64,000 bases of DNA from Bdellovibrionales bacterium (GCA_965217115.1 OZ244239.1:1632001-1696000), one strand, 5' to 3'. Counted from the first letter of the stretch, positions 41,044-50,095 are shown. Translations and numbers: made by a program. Notes: generated by a model not told the origin, from the sequence alone.

Positions 41044-41564
41044 GTATAGTTAAAAAGCCTTCTGGTGCGTCTAAGTGGTATGTTTTTAGCATTTTTATTG
41101 GTTTATCTATTACGATAAGGAAAATGTTTCACAACCTTTTTAATCAGAGTAAAATGCCGACGTTGAATTACCCTGAAAAAAAATATGAATATGGTCCCCG
41201 TTTTAAAGGCAATCATGTTTTGACGGTGAAGAAAGACGGATCTTTACGTTGCACAGCTTGTATGTTGTGTGCGACAGCTTGTCCAGCGGACTGCATTGAT
41301 ATTCAGGCGGCAGAGCATGATGATTTCGCAGTGGAAAAATTTCCTGTGAAGTACAACATTGATATTCTCCGTTGTGTTTTTTGCGGCTATTGTGAAGAGG
41401 CCTGTCCAGTCGACGCGATTCGCATGGGGCCTGAATGGCAAACTCCAGGGCTAAATGGTCGTTCTTTTGTTAATGATATTCAAGAGTTGGCTTATCGCCC
41501 TGCCTTGAGAGGTGGAGTGTTGAGTGTGGTGGATGAACAAGAGCGTCACGATTTTGGTATTTAA
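41040..41564 (+). CDS. nuoI: NADH-quinone oxidoreductase subunit I
   Basis: CTACMLCATACP and CVFCGYCEEACP. Confidence 0.93.
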   Translation: MSIVKKPSGASKWYVFSIFIGLSITIRKMFHNLFNQSKMPTLNYPEKKYEYGPRFKGNHVLTVKKDGSLRCTACMLCATACPADCIDIQAAEHDDFAVEKFPVKYNIDILRCVFCGYCEEACPVDAIRMGPEWQTPGLNGRSFVNDIQELAYRPALRGGVLSVVDEQERHDFGI

Positions 41565-41677
41565 ACAAATATTTTAAAAAATATGCTAAAAAAATAATTA
41601 AATTTCTGTATGGTTTTTTGTGATAAATAGTGGAACTGTTCCCAAGAGATCCATTGACCCATTGATTGAATACGGCC

Positions 41678-41829
41678 TTTTTTTCTAGAGTCTCTCCCAA
41701 AAGAATCCAGTTCTTTTCGGCGAGTTTGGCTTGGCGACTTCCATTGCATTTCTCTGCAATGGGAGGTGACAAACGGATGTTTGAGCAAGAAAAGGGCTGG
41801 ATTCTTTTGGGAGAGACTCTAGAAAAAAA
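41678..41829 (+). repeat. Long palindromic hairpin element, copy C1
   Basis: 41-bp stem 41678-41718/41789-41829 (two G-T pairs) around GAGTTTGGCTTGG...CAAACGGATGTTTGA. Confidence 0.9.
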
Positions 41830-41870
41830 CGGATCATCAGAGAAAAACTGGCTCCACTATTGTTTGTCAT

Positions 41871-41978
41871 AAAGAATCCAGTTCTTTTCGGCGAGTTTGG
41901 CTTGGCGACTTCCATTGCATTTCTCTGCAATGGAAGGTGACAAACGACTGTTTGAGCAAGAAAAGGGCTGGATTCTTT
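41871..41978 (+). repeat. Hairpin element copy C2 (part of a ~171-bp tandem duplication)
   Basis: 41871-42042 repeats 41700-41870 with several substitutions. Confidence 0.88.
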
Positions 41979-42257
41979 TGGGAGAGACCCTAGAAAAAAA
42001 ACGGCTCATCAGAAAAAAACTGGCTCCACCGGTATTTATCACAAAGAACCTTCTGTATGAACTCTTTATGACAATCTGCGCAGGGGTTAGACACCTCAAA
42101 ACTTCTCAAACATTGATAGTTTGATATCTGAGCTATTTTTTCAGTGGCATAGAATGTGTAGTTTAGACTCTTGAAATGGGTGGTTTTTTAGTTGACTTCT
42201 CAAGAGGAAGTCTTCACAAAAACATAATAATATTAACTACTTAAGGAGATTTTATCT

Positions 42258-43478
42258 ATGGAAAAAATATTGATTGGTTTTCTCATGTTGGCCCTTGTTG
42301 GTTGTGGTTTAGAAAAAATGCCTCCTGTGGAGAAAATACCAGATGCTGAGTTGTTTGATCAAAATTTGTCTCCAAGTAAAGAGGACAATCCGTTCCATGT
42401 GAAGACGGTGAGTGAATCAAAAGTTTCTATAAATGAGGGAAAAATTCAAAAGCGCCTTCCCAGTTCTTCTTTAAATGAAGGAATAACTTCTGTAGGTGAA
42501 GGCTTAGCTGGAATCAAACCTCGAGTATTCACGACAAAAGAAGGGTGTCAGAGAGAGAATAAATATGAAAATCGTTTAACGGTTATAGAAGAAGAAAAAG
42601 TAATGAGTCATTTAGATTTAATGTGTAAAAGAGTAGATTTATATCGAAAGAGAAAAAAAACTCGATTAGAGACACGAGATAGATATTTAACGAAAGAATT
42701 TTTACCATTGATTTCCTCGATGCATTTGCCAACTAGAAATCTTCAAGAATGGAAAAAGACAAGTATTTCTAAAATGAAAAAATATTTTACTTGTATGATC
42801 ACAGCTGAAATTATCATTGTGAATGAGAGAATACTGAAAGAGAGAGGGTTTTTAGAGGGTATCCATGTTGGGTTAGGGGAGAATGGGGGAATATCTGAAG
42901 AAGAAGATGTGTATTTAGGAAAACTCGCAAATAAATACTTGGGTGAAAGGAAAAATATTTCAGAGAGTAATAAAAAACTAGTTAATGTTCTATTAGATAG
43001 AGTGGATATCATACCAACCTCTTTGGCTCTGGCACAAGCGGCGAAGGAAAGTGGGTGGGGTGGAGCTAACGATGGCGCACGGTTTGCTCGTCAAGCCTAT
43101 TCATTATTTGGTCAGCATTACTCTGGTGATCAAGGAAGCATGAAGACTTGCGAAGAATCCGCTATAAAGGTAGCGATTTTTAGTTCAACTTTAAAATCGG
43201 TACAGTCTTATGTACATAATCTTAATACGGGTAGAGGATATAAAGAGTTAAGGGATATTAGAAAAGAATACCGAGATAGGGGGGAAACTCCAGATGGCTA
43301 TGGCATGGCAGGTGGGCTTGGGAGATATTCTGCTGATGGAGAATATATCAAATCTTTACGTAATGACTTTATTTGTTCCTATCAGTGGCAAGCTCTAGAT
43401 AACTACACAGTGAACTTATCTGAGACGTATTCACAAGTTAGTTTTAAAAAAATGACAGGAGAGCACCCCTGCCATTAG
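42258..43478 (+). CDS. Glucosaminidase-domain (Bax/GH73-like) lipoprotein
   Basis: Lipobox LVGC; IIPTSLALAQAAKESGWG, RFAR, LFGQ, SYVHNLNT..Y.ELR. Confidence 0.8.
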   Translation: MEKILIGFLMLALVGCGLEKMPPVEKIPDAELFDQNLSPSKEDNPFHVKTVSESKVSINEGKIQKRLPSSSLNEGITSVGEGLAGIKPRVFTTKEGCQRENKYENRLTVIEEEKVMSHLDLMCKRVDLYRKRKKTRLETRDRYLTKEFLPLISSMHLPTRNLQEWKKTSISKMKKYFTCMITAEIIIVNERILKERGFLEGIHVGLGENGGISEEEDVYLGKLANKYLGERKNISESNKKLVNVLLDRVDIIPTSLALAQAAKESGWGGANDGARFARQAYSLFGQHYSGDQGSMKTCEESAIKVAIFSSTLKSVQSYVHNLNTGRGYKELRDIRKEYRDRGETPDGYGMAGGLGRYSADGEYIKSLRNDFICSYQWQALDNYTVNLSETYSQVSFKKMTGEHPCH

Positions 43479-43703
43479 TGACGAGGCGATGATTTCAGAG
43501 TCTATGGACGGTGTGTGAACTAGCCTTTTGTCGTTATTTACTATGAGAATGAAAGATAGAGAATCAGGTCATAATCAAAACCCGTGAACTGATCTACTAG
43601 TCCATAGCTTCATAGTTTATGAATCCCTCGACAAGTCTATTTAAAAAATGCTAAAATTCAAAAAAGAGCATTTTTAAGAAATATATAAAGACTGGGGGGT
43701 TTA

Positions 43704-44300
43704 GTGTTAAGGAATATTTTATTCAGTTCGATAGGTTTTGTGATTTTTTTGGGTTTTTCAACGCCTTCCCATGCATTGTTTGAAGCGCAAGCCCATTTAG
43801 GGTATCAAACATCAGATTATAATTTTTCTAGCATTGCAGGTGATCCTGTCAACAATAGTCTCGATTTAAAAAAACTAGATGTCCTTGGTTTAGATTTAAC
43901 TGTGGGTATTCCCTTTATTCCTTTTGACATTGGTGTAAGATATGAAAAATTAGCAGGGGAAATTTCTCCAAATCTTTTTTATGCAGATGTGAAATCTGTA
44001 AGGAAGTCTATTTTAATTAAAAGGCGGCTTTTTGATTTTTTTGGATATTTTGGTGTACTAGGTTCTATAGGTGTTTCCCACGATAATGAGTATACAGTGA
44101 AATCGAATGAAGTGCTCCTTCAAAGGGAGAGGCCCAAAACTGATTTCAGTTATTCTATTTCTCTTGAGGGAGGCGTGAACTTAATTGGAATTCAAGTGGG
44201 GGCAGAGGTTGGTTATCTTGGTCTTAAGCTTAAAGGAAAATTTGAAACGATTGATCTTTCAGGGCCCTATGGAAAGATTCTTGTGGGTATAGGGTTTTAG
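43704..44300 (+). CDS. Outer-membrane beta-barrel protein
   Basis: Signal peptide ending SHA, alternating hydrophobic strands, C-terminal Phe. Confidence 0.7.
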   Translation: MLRNILFSSIGFVIFLGFSTPSHALFEAQAHLGYQTSDYNFSSIAGDPVNNSLDLKKLDVLGLDLTVGIPFIPFDIGVRYEKLAGEISPNLFYADVKSVRKSILIKRRLFDFFGYFGVLGSIGVSHDNEYTVKSNEVLLQRERPKTDFSYSISLEGGVNLIGIQVGAEVGYLGLKLKGKFETIDLSGPYGKILVGIGF

Positions 44301-44406
44301 TTGGGATGAAGGCTGTTATTCGTCACTTGGGAGATTTACAAAGTTAAAGTAACTCCGATAAGTTGCCTGTTTCTTTGTAGGTTTTTGGTTTGAAGGGGAG
44401 TTTCTT

Positions 44407-45774
44407 GTGATTGACAGCAGAGCTAAGATGTTAGCAACAACGGTGCGTAAGCTGTATCAGCGTGGGGCACGTGTTAATATTCAAAAGATTTTAGAGAAAA
44501 CACACGAGGCAGACATTGCCAATGTTCTTGAGAACTTTTCTAAACAAGAGAGAGTTGAAATTTTTCGCCTATGCTCTTCTGATGAGAAGAGGGGAGAGGT
44601 TTTAAGCCATTTAGAGGCCCACGTTCAGGAAGAGTTATTATCTAGTTTTGATCAGAAAGAGATAAAAAAAATCATGAGTTATTTGGACAGTGATGATGCT
44701 GCTGGTTTGCTGAGAAATGTGTCAGAGGACTTTGCCAATGAGGTTTTAGCCTCGATGGATAAAGAGGAGTCAGAGGATGTGGCTGATCTTCTTGGCTATC
44801 CTGAGGGGTCTTCTGGGGCTCTGATGAATTCTGATTTTTTGTCTTTGAAACAGGATATGACAGTGGCTCAGGCGATTGGTCAAATTCAGGATCAAGATGA
44901 AGATTTAGCAATCACTTTTTATGTGTATGTGGTTAATGATTCTGGTCATTTGGTTGGAGTGATTAGTCTCAAGCAAATGTTATTAAATCGAAAAAATGAA
45001 GTTTTAAAAAATATTATGTCGAGGGATATTATTAGTGCTGAAATCAGTCAGGACCAAGAAGAAGTGGCTAAAATGGTCGAGCATTATGATTTCTTGTCAA
45101 TTCCAGTGACAGATGCTGCGAACAAGTTAATGGGTGTAATAACTGTTGATGATGTGTTGGACGTTATTCGGGCTGAAAGCGAAGAGGATCTTTTGGCCAT
45201 GGGACAGGTTGGAATTATTGATGAGCATCCTTTGAGTGCATTCAGAGCAAGAGCACCGTGGTTATTTTTGGCTTTCATTGGCGGTATAGCGTGTTTTACT
45301 GTGATAAAGATGATTGCCTCTTTGCAAGGAAGAGAATCATTGAACCACTCTGTATGGCTGGTGGTGTCTTTCTTACCTTTGATGTTAACGATGGGAACAA
45401 CAGCGGGGAATCAGGCAACGACTGTTGCAATTGGAGTTTTATCTAAAATAGGTCATTTAGAGACAAAGAAAATTTTTTCCCATGTTATAGGGGAGTTGAC
45501 TCTATGTTTGGGGATAGCTTTTGTGTTTTTATGTATTATTGGAGGTTTGGGCATATTATTTTATCCTGAGATGATAAGATTGTGTTTTATGATGGCGATA
45601 GCATTGGTATTGCAGATGTTATTGTCTGTGGGGATAGGGAGTTCAGTCCCTTTTTTCTTAAATCGTCTATCCATTGACCCTGTGGTGGGTTCGGTTCCTT
45701 TGTTAACGACTGTGATTAATTTAACAGCGGTAACAGTTCTCTTCCTGTTAGCGTTTAATTTTGGTGGATTTTGA
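44407..45774 (+). CDS. mgtE: Magnesium transporter
   Basis: HEADIA N-domain, CBS pair, GVITVDD, GNQ, IDP, TM domain. Confidence 0.9.
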   Translation: MIDSRAKMLATTVRKLYQRGARVNIQKILEKTHEADIANVLENFSKQERVEIFRLCSSDEKRGEVLSHLEAHVQEELLSSFDQKEIKKIMSYLDSDDAAGLLRNVSEDFANEVLASMDKEESEDVADLLGYPEGSSGALMNSDFLSLKQDMTVAQAIGQIQDQDEDLAITFYVYVVNDSGHLVGVISLKQMLLNRKNEVLKNIMSRDIISAEISQDQEEVAKMVEHYDFLSIPVTDAANKLMGVITVDDVLDVIRAESEEDLLAMGQVGIIDEHPLSAFRARAPWLFLAFIGGIACFTVIKMIASLQGRESLNHSVWLVVSFLPLMLTMGTTAGNQATTVAIGVLSKIGHLETKKIFSHVIGELTLCLGIAFVFLCIIGGLGILFYPEMIRLCFMMAIALVLQMLLSVGIGSSVPFFLNRLSIDPVVGSVPLLTTVINLTAVTVLFLLAFNFGGF

Positions 45775-46392
45775 GTGAAGGGAAAAGAGCGGGTTTTTGT
45801 TTTACGCTCTCTAAAGTTTAAAGAACATGATTCTATTGTTCATTTTTTAAATGCCAAGGGAGCCAAGTTAATCTTAATAGCTAAAGGTGGGCAAAAAAGT
45901 CAGAAAAGATTTTCAGGCGGAGCTTTAGATCCGACTCAATATATAGAAGTTACTTACACGATTAAGAAGAATCAGATGTCTAGTGGTTTCTATGGCACTT
46001 TGGATGAGGCTCAAATATTAGACTCCTTTAATGGCTTAAGAGAGAACTATGAACGTTTGGAATTGGGAATTTATTTTACACATTTAATAGGGAAGATCAG
46101 TCAAGAGGGGGTGATTGACCAGGGAGAGAATTTTCAGCTTCTTGGTAATGGACTTAAGGCCGCCGAACAGGTGAGAGATTTGCTAAAACTTAAAGCCCAT
46201 TTTCTTATTAAACTTCTTTATCATCAAGGGGTTTTGGAGCCAGAAGAGAGGATGACTGTTTTTCTTGGAAAATCTTTGGTAAAAAGTGATGATATTGAAA
46301 TAGATAAAAAACAATTAAAGACTGTATTTGATGGAATAAATAAAAAGCTTAATGATTGGTTTGAGACCTTAAATATTCCTCAGTTACTTTGA
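45775..46392 (+). CDS. recO: DNA repair protein RecO
   Basis: VLR...KEHD.IV, AKGGQKSQKRF OB-fold pattern. Confidence 0.8.
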   Translation: MKGKERVFVLRSLKFKEHDSIVHFLNAKGAKLILIAKGGQKSQKRFSGGALDPTQYIEVTYTIKKNQMSSGFYGTLDEAQILDSFNGLRENYERLELGIYFTHLIGKISQEGVIDQGENFQLLGNGLKAAEQVRDLLKLKAHFLIKLLYHQGVLEPEERMTVFLGKSLVKSDDIEIDKKQLKTVFDGINKKLNDWFETLNIPQLL

Positions 46393-46421
46393 ACAGAGTG
46401 AATTTGAAGAATTATTAATAA

Positions 46422-46967
46422 TCACATTATCTGAGTAGACAGTATAAATTTGGCAGCTTCGATGAGGTTGTTACAAATAAACTCAGGAGATGCAAATGGG
46501 GATTTCTCTGGAGATTCTGTTCCATTAAGAAAGACACCTTTGGTACCAGCTCTGTGACCAGCCTCTATATCTGTCATGCGGTCACCGATGATCCATGAGT
46601 CTCTTAAGTCAAGAGAGTGTTCTTTGACAGCAAGATCGAGCATACCCGTGTCAGGTTTACGCATGGGGTGATTAGAGTCAGGAAGGTGGGGCGCATGATA
46701 GAAATGCTTCATGGCGATGGGAATATCATGTTCTAAGAATTTTTTGGTTATCAATTGATGAATTTTGTGAAGATTTTCCTCTTGAACAAGTCCACGGGGA
46801 ATACCAGATTGGTTGGTTACAATAATAATTTGAAAACCAGCATGGCTAAGACTTTTTATCCCCTCAATGGCATTTGGTAGGTAATGAATTTGTTTGGGAT
46901 CATTAAGGTATATTTTATCAACAATAATGGTCCCATCGCGATCTAGAAAGAGGGCTTTTTGTTTCAT
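46422..46967 (-). CDS. gmhB: D-glycero-D-manno-heptose-1,7-bisphosphate phosphatase (HAD IIIA)
   Basis: FLDRDGTI, VTNQSG, RKPDTGM, IGDRMTD. Confidence 0.85.
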   Translation of the reverse strand: MKQKALFLDRDGTIIVDKIYLNDPKQIHYLPNAIEGIKSLSHAGFQIIIVTNQSGIPRGLVQEENLHKIHQLITKKFLEHDIPIAMKHFYHAPHLPDSNHPMRKPDTGMLDLAVKEHSLDLRDSWIIGDRMTDIEAGHRAGTKGVFLNGTESPEKSPFASPEFICNNLIEAAKFILSTQIM

Positions 46968-47039
46968 TTTATGATGCTCCTAAGTTTGTTGTGAATAGTT
47001 AGCACTGCTTTGATAAAAAACCAAATTGAAGCATCGGCT

Positions 47040-48017
47040 CTATGCTTTCCGACTGTTTTTGTTGAGTGGGTGAAAATCTTCTAAAGTTTTGGCGAGTTCA
47101 TCAATTCCTAGGTGAGTGTATTTCTCTGTGGCTTGGAGACTCTGGTGACCGAGGAGTTCCTGTAGGGTTCTTAAGTTAGCTCCGCTAGAGAGGATATGAG
47201 TGGCAAAGCTATGTCGTAGGGCATGGGGTGAAAGAGGTTTGAGGAGGTTTGCAGAAACACCAGCATCACGGATCATTTTCCAAGCTGAGCGAGGATTGAG
47301 GGGGGCACCCCATAGGGAATCGTGGAGGGAGTGGTCGGGAGATGTCTTTTGTGAGAGTTCTTTTTTCAATGCTTCAATAGCCAATAGAGGAAGAGGGCAA
47401 ATGCGTTCTTTCTGGCCTTTCCCCATGATTTTGATTTGTCCCTTGGCGATGTAAATATTTTTTATTTTAAGTTGGCAGGCTTCACTGACTCTGAGCCCTC
47501 CACCATAGAGAAGAAGGGTTAAAAGCAGTGTTCTCTGCCCTTGTTGTGATTTTGATGCCTCTCTCTGTAGATGTCGCACCAGATGCAGGGCTTCATCCAG
47601 TGAGAGAAAGTGGGGAAGCTTTTTCGGAACTTTTGGGCAGGTGATTTGATGGGCAAGGTTTTTTTCGATGATTTTTTTCTCATAGAGCCACTTGAAAAAG
47701 GATTTCAAGGTAGCGGCCTTCCTATTGCGAGATGAAAGGCTGAGAGTCCCCCAGCGGGATTGGGCGTTTCGCGCTAATTGTAAGAGCTGTTCGCTGGTTA
47801 TCAAGGGCGACTTTTTCCCTGGATGGAGTTCAAAGCTAATATTTTTATCGATTGAAGTGAATTTTCCAAAATTCTGAAGAAGGAAGGCCTGGGTTAGATC
47901 GGTGGTGTAGGCTTTCAGTGTGTGTGGGGAGAATGTTTTAATAAACAACAGTGATTTTATATAGTTAGAAGATGTTTCAGCAATGTTTAGAACAGTATCA
48001 GAGGTGATTTTGGGCAT
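47040..48017 (-). CDS. Tyrosine recombinase, XerC/XerD-like
   Basis: GLRVSE, GKGQKER, HALRHSFATH, LGH, TEKYTH (complete catalytic set). Confidence 0.9.
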   Translation of the reverse strand: MPKITSDTVLNIAETSSNYIKSLLFIKTFSPHTLKAYTTDLTQAFLLQNFGKFTSIDKNISFELHPGKKSPLITSEQLLQLARNAQSRWGTLSLSSRNRKAATLKSFFKWLYEKKIIEKNLAHQITCPKVPKKLPHFLSLDEALHLVRHLQREASKSQQGQRTLLLTLLLYGGGLRVSEACQLKIKNIYIAKGQIKIMGKGQKERICPLPLLAIEALKKELSQKTSPDHSLHDSLWGAPLNPRSAWKMIRDAGVSANLLKPLSPHALRHSFATHILSSGANLRTLQELLGHQSLQATEKYTHLGIDELAKTLEDFHPLNKNSRKA

Positions 48018-48183
48018 CAGTAGAGGGCCTTATTTGGATTTGAGAAAAAAGATGGGGGTTTTATAAAAATTCCTTGCTTTTCAGGTGACGCACTGTTACA
48101 ATCCATTTCAACGCATAGCATCAAAATGAGACACTTTGTAAAATAACACGTTTATAAATATTCATCCTAATTAGGAGTTTAAC

Positions 48184-49242
48184 ATGTCAGAGAATAAAAA
48201 ACCTTCATCTCTACCGTCTTCTGCTAGTTTGGAGCAGAAATTTTGGACTAATGGTCAGTCAAATCAAGTCATTCAGAACAAAAAAATCATATATAAGTCA
48301 GATGTCATGGAGCAGATGATGAAGGTGATTATGCGTGTGGCCCCATCACATGCCAACGTTTTGATCTTAGGTGAAAGTGGCACGGGTAAGGAGCTTATTG
48401 CTCACGCCATTCATGAAAAAAGCAGCCGTAGGGATAAGTCTTTCGTGGCAGTGAACTGTGGTGCTTTGCGCGAAACTCTATTAGAGAGTGAATTGTTTGG
48501 TCATGAAAAAGGAGCTTTTACAGGAGCCTATTCTCGTAAAATTGGTCTTGCTGAGGTCGCTAGTGGTGGAACATTATTTTTAGATGAGATTGGAGAGTTG
48601 AGTCAAAATATTCAGGCGAAACTTTTACGTTTTATTCAGGAAGGCGAGGTTTATCGAGTTGGCGGAAAGGAGCCCATTAAGATTGATATTCGTCTAATAA
48701 GTGCGACAAATCGTGAGTTGGATGATGAGGTGATCAAGGGTAATTTCCGTGAAGATCTTTTCTACCGTATTAATACAATTATGGTGAGTGCACCTCCTTT
48801 GCGTCGAAGAAAAGAAGATATACCTATTTTAATAGAGCATTTTTTGGCTAATGGAGTTCATAGTTACTTAGATCGCGGTCGTGTGGTGAGTGAGGAAGCA
48901 ATGGAAGTGTTAAAAAGATACGATTGGCCAGGTAATATTCGTGAAGTACAAAATATTTGTGAGAGACTTCAAATTTTATCCGAAGGTCATACGATCATGC
49001 TAGGAGACCTACCTTCAAACATCAAAAATTTAGAACAGAAATTAGGGACTGAAGAAGGATATGATCCAACAATAACAATTCATGAGTTGGAAAAACGTCA
49101 TATTTTAAAGTCGTTGGACCACTTTGATGGTAATAAAACTCAATCGGCTAATGCCTTAAAAATCACGATAAAAACTCTTTATAATAAATTACATGAGTAT
49201 GGAGAATTTGATCGTTACGCGGTTCACTATCGTTCTAAATAA
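48184..49242 (+). CDS. Sigma-54 enhancer-binding protein (AAA+-HTH) lacking a sensory domain
   Basis: GESGTGKE, GAFTGA, WPGNIRE, HTH; only about 35 aa precede the AAA+ domain. Confidence 0.9.
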   Translation: MSENKKPSSLPSSASLEQKFWTNGQSNQVIQNKKIIYKSDVMEQMMKVIMRVAPSHANVLILGESGTGKELIAHAIHEKSSRRDKSFVAVNCGALRETLLESELFGHEKGAFTGAYSRKIGLAEVASGGTLFLDEIGELSQNIQAKLLRFIQEGEVYRVGGKEPIKIDIRLISATNRELDDEVIKGNFREDLFYRINTIMVSAPPLRRRKEDIPILIEHFLANGVHSYLDRGRVVSEEAMEVLKRYDWPGNIREVQNICERLQILSEGHTIMLGDLPSNIKNLEQKLGTEEGYDPTITIHELEKRHILKSLDHFDGNKTQSANALKITIKTLYNKLHEYGEFDRYAVHYRSK

Positions 49243-49265
49243 AAACACAGGACATTAGGATGAAC

Positions 49266-49295
49266 AAAAAAAACCTCTTTTAAGAGGTTTTTTTT
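49266..49295. terminator. Bidirectional rho-independent terminator
   Basis: A8-CCTCTT-TT-AAGAGG-T8 between convergent genes. Confidence 0.8.
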
Positions 49296-49336
49296 GTGGT
49301 GCTCTTTGCCTTTGAATTCCTCCCTAACAGTGTCCT

Positions 49337-49990
49337 TTAAAAGTAGCCACCGTCATCTCCGCCGTCATCATCGCTTATATCTTTAAAGGGGTTGTCTGAA
49401 GGGTCATCAAAGGTGTCTTCAGATTCAGGATCGTCTTCCCAGTCATTGGAGGTTTCAATAGAGGAAGAGAGATCGTCAGGCTCTGTAGATTCATCATCGT
49501 TTGCTATTTTTTTGTCTCTAGGGTCTTTTGCGATAAAAGGGTTGCCTGATGTAGACAAAGGAGTGTCGTCTGTATCGTTAGCGATGTCCTCAAAAGAACG
49601 GACTTTAGGTTTCCTTGTTTTCCCGGCACTCGTGGGTCGTCGGTTTGTTGATTTATATTGGGCAGTTTCTTTTTCAGAAGGAATAATAACCTCATCACCA
49701 ATATTAGGGGAGAGTGGAGCATTGGCCATTGTTTTTTTCTGAGGGGCTTTTTTTCGAGGTGTTTTCTTTTTAGTGACTTTCTTTTTAGTGGCCTTCTTTT
49801 TAGTCACTTTCTTTTTAGTGACCTTCTTTTTAGTGGCCTTCTTTTTAGTGACTTTCTTTTTAGTGGCCTTCTTTTTAGTGACTTTCTTTTTAGTGGCCTT
49901 CTTTTTAGTGACTTTCTTTTTAGTGGCCTTCTTTTTTTTGGCTAAACCTTTTTGAGTGATTTTTTTTTTAGTTGTTTTTTTCTTAGCCAT
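49337..49990 (-). CDS. Histone H1-like Lys-rich repeat protein with acidic C-terminal tail
   Basis: SD GAGG; KKKAT/KKKVT pentapeptide repeats (15-bp DNA repeat); Asp/Glu-rich C-terminus. Confidence 0.75.
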   Translation of the reverse strand: MAKKKTTKKKITQKGLAKKKKATKKKVTKKKATKKKVTKKKATKKKVTKKKATKKKVTKKKVTKKKATKKKVTKKKTPRKKAPQKKTMANAPLSPNIGDEVIIPSEKETAQYKSTNRRPTSAGKTRKPKVRSFEDIANDTDDTPLSTSGNPFIAKDPRDKKIANDDESTEPDDLSSSIETSNDWEDDPESEDTFDDPSDNPFKDISDDDGGDDGGYF

Positions 49991-50095
49991 AATAACCTCT
50001 TGAAAAATGATTATGTTGTTTTAACCTATCTCTTACTTGAGTTCAAGTTGAGAAGGTCGAGATTTACCATAGATAATTTGAGTGAATCAAGAGGG

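Larger units (their letters stand above)
41612..42050. mobile_element. Non-autonomous MITE-like element (439 bp) carrying two hairpin-element copies
   Basis: 18-bp TIRs GGTT(T/C)TTTGTGATAAATA (41612-41629/42033-42050, 17/18); flanking 8-bp direct repeat TTCTGTAT (41604-41611/42051-42058); no transposase ORF. Confidence 0.8.

Noticed and set aside
41470..42124. Several short ORFs on both strands
   Set aside because: They are shadows of the palindromic, duplicated MITE sequence.
42144..42159. Sigma-54 promoter upstream of the glucosaminidase gene
   Set aside because: TGGCA is present but the -12 position reads GT rather than GC.
43502..43607. Possible sRNA bounded by CTATGGAC/GTCCATAG
   Set aside because: Only an 8-bp inverted repeat, with no convincing internal structure.
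47040..48017. Recombinase as a prophage or island integrase
   Set aside because: It has XerC/D-like size and motifs, is flanked by housekeeping genes, and shows no att repeats or phage genes.
49658..49955. Phe/Leu/Val-rich repeat ORFs (also 58313-58661)
   Set aside because: They are antisense or alternate-frame readings of the Lys-rich repeat genes, which have proper SD sequences.
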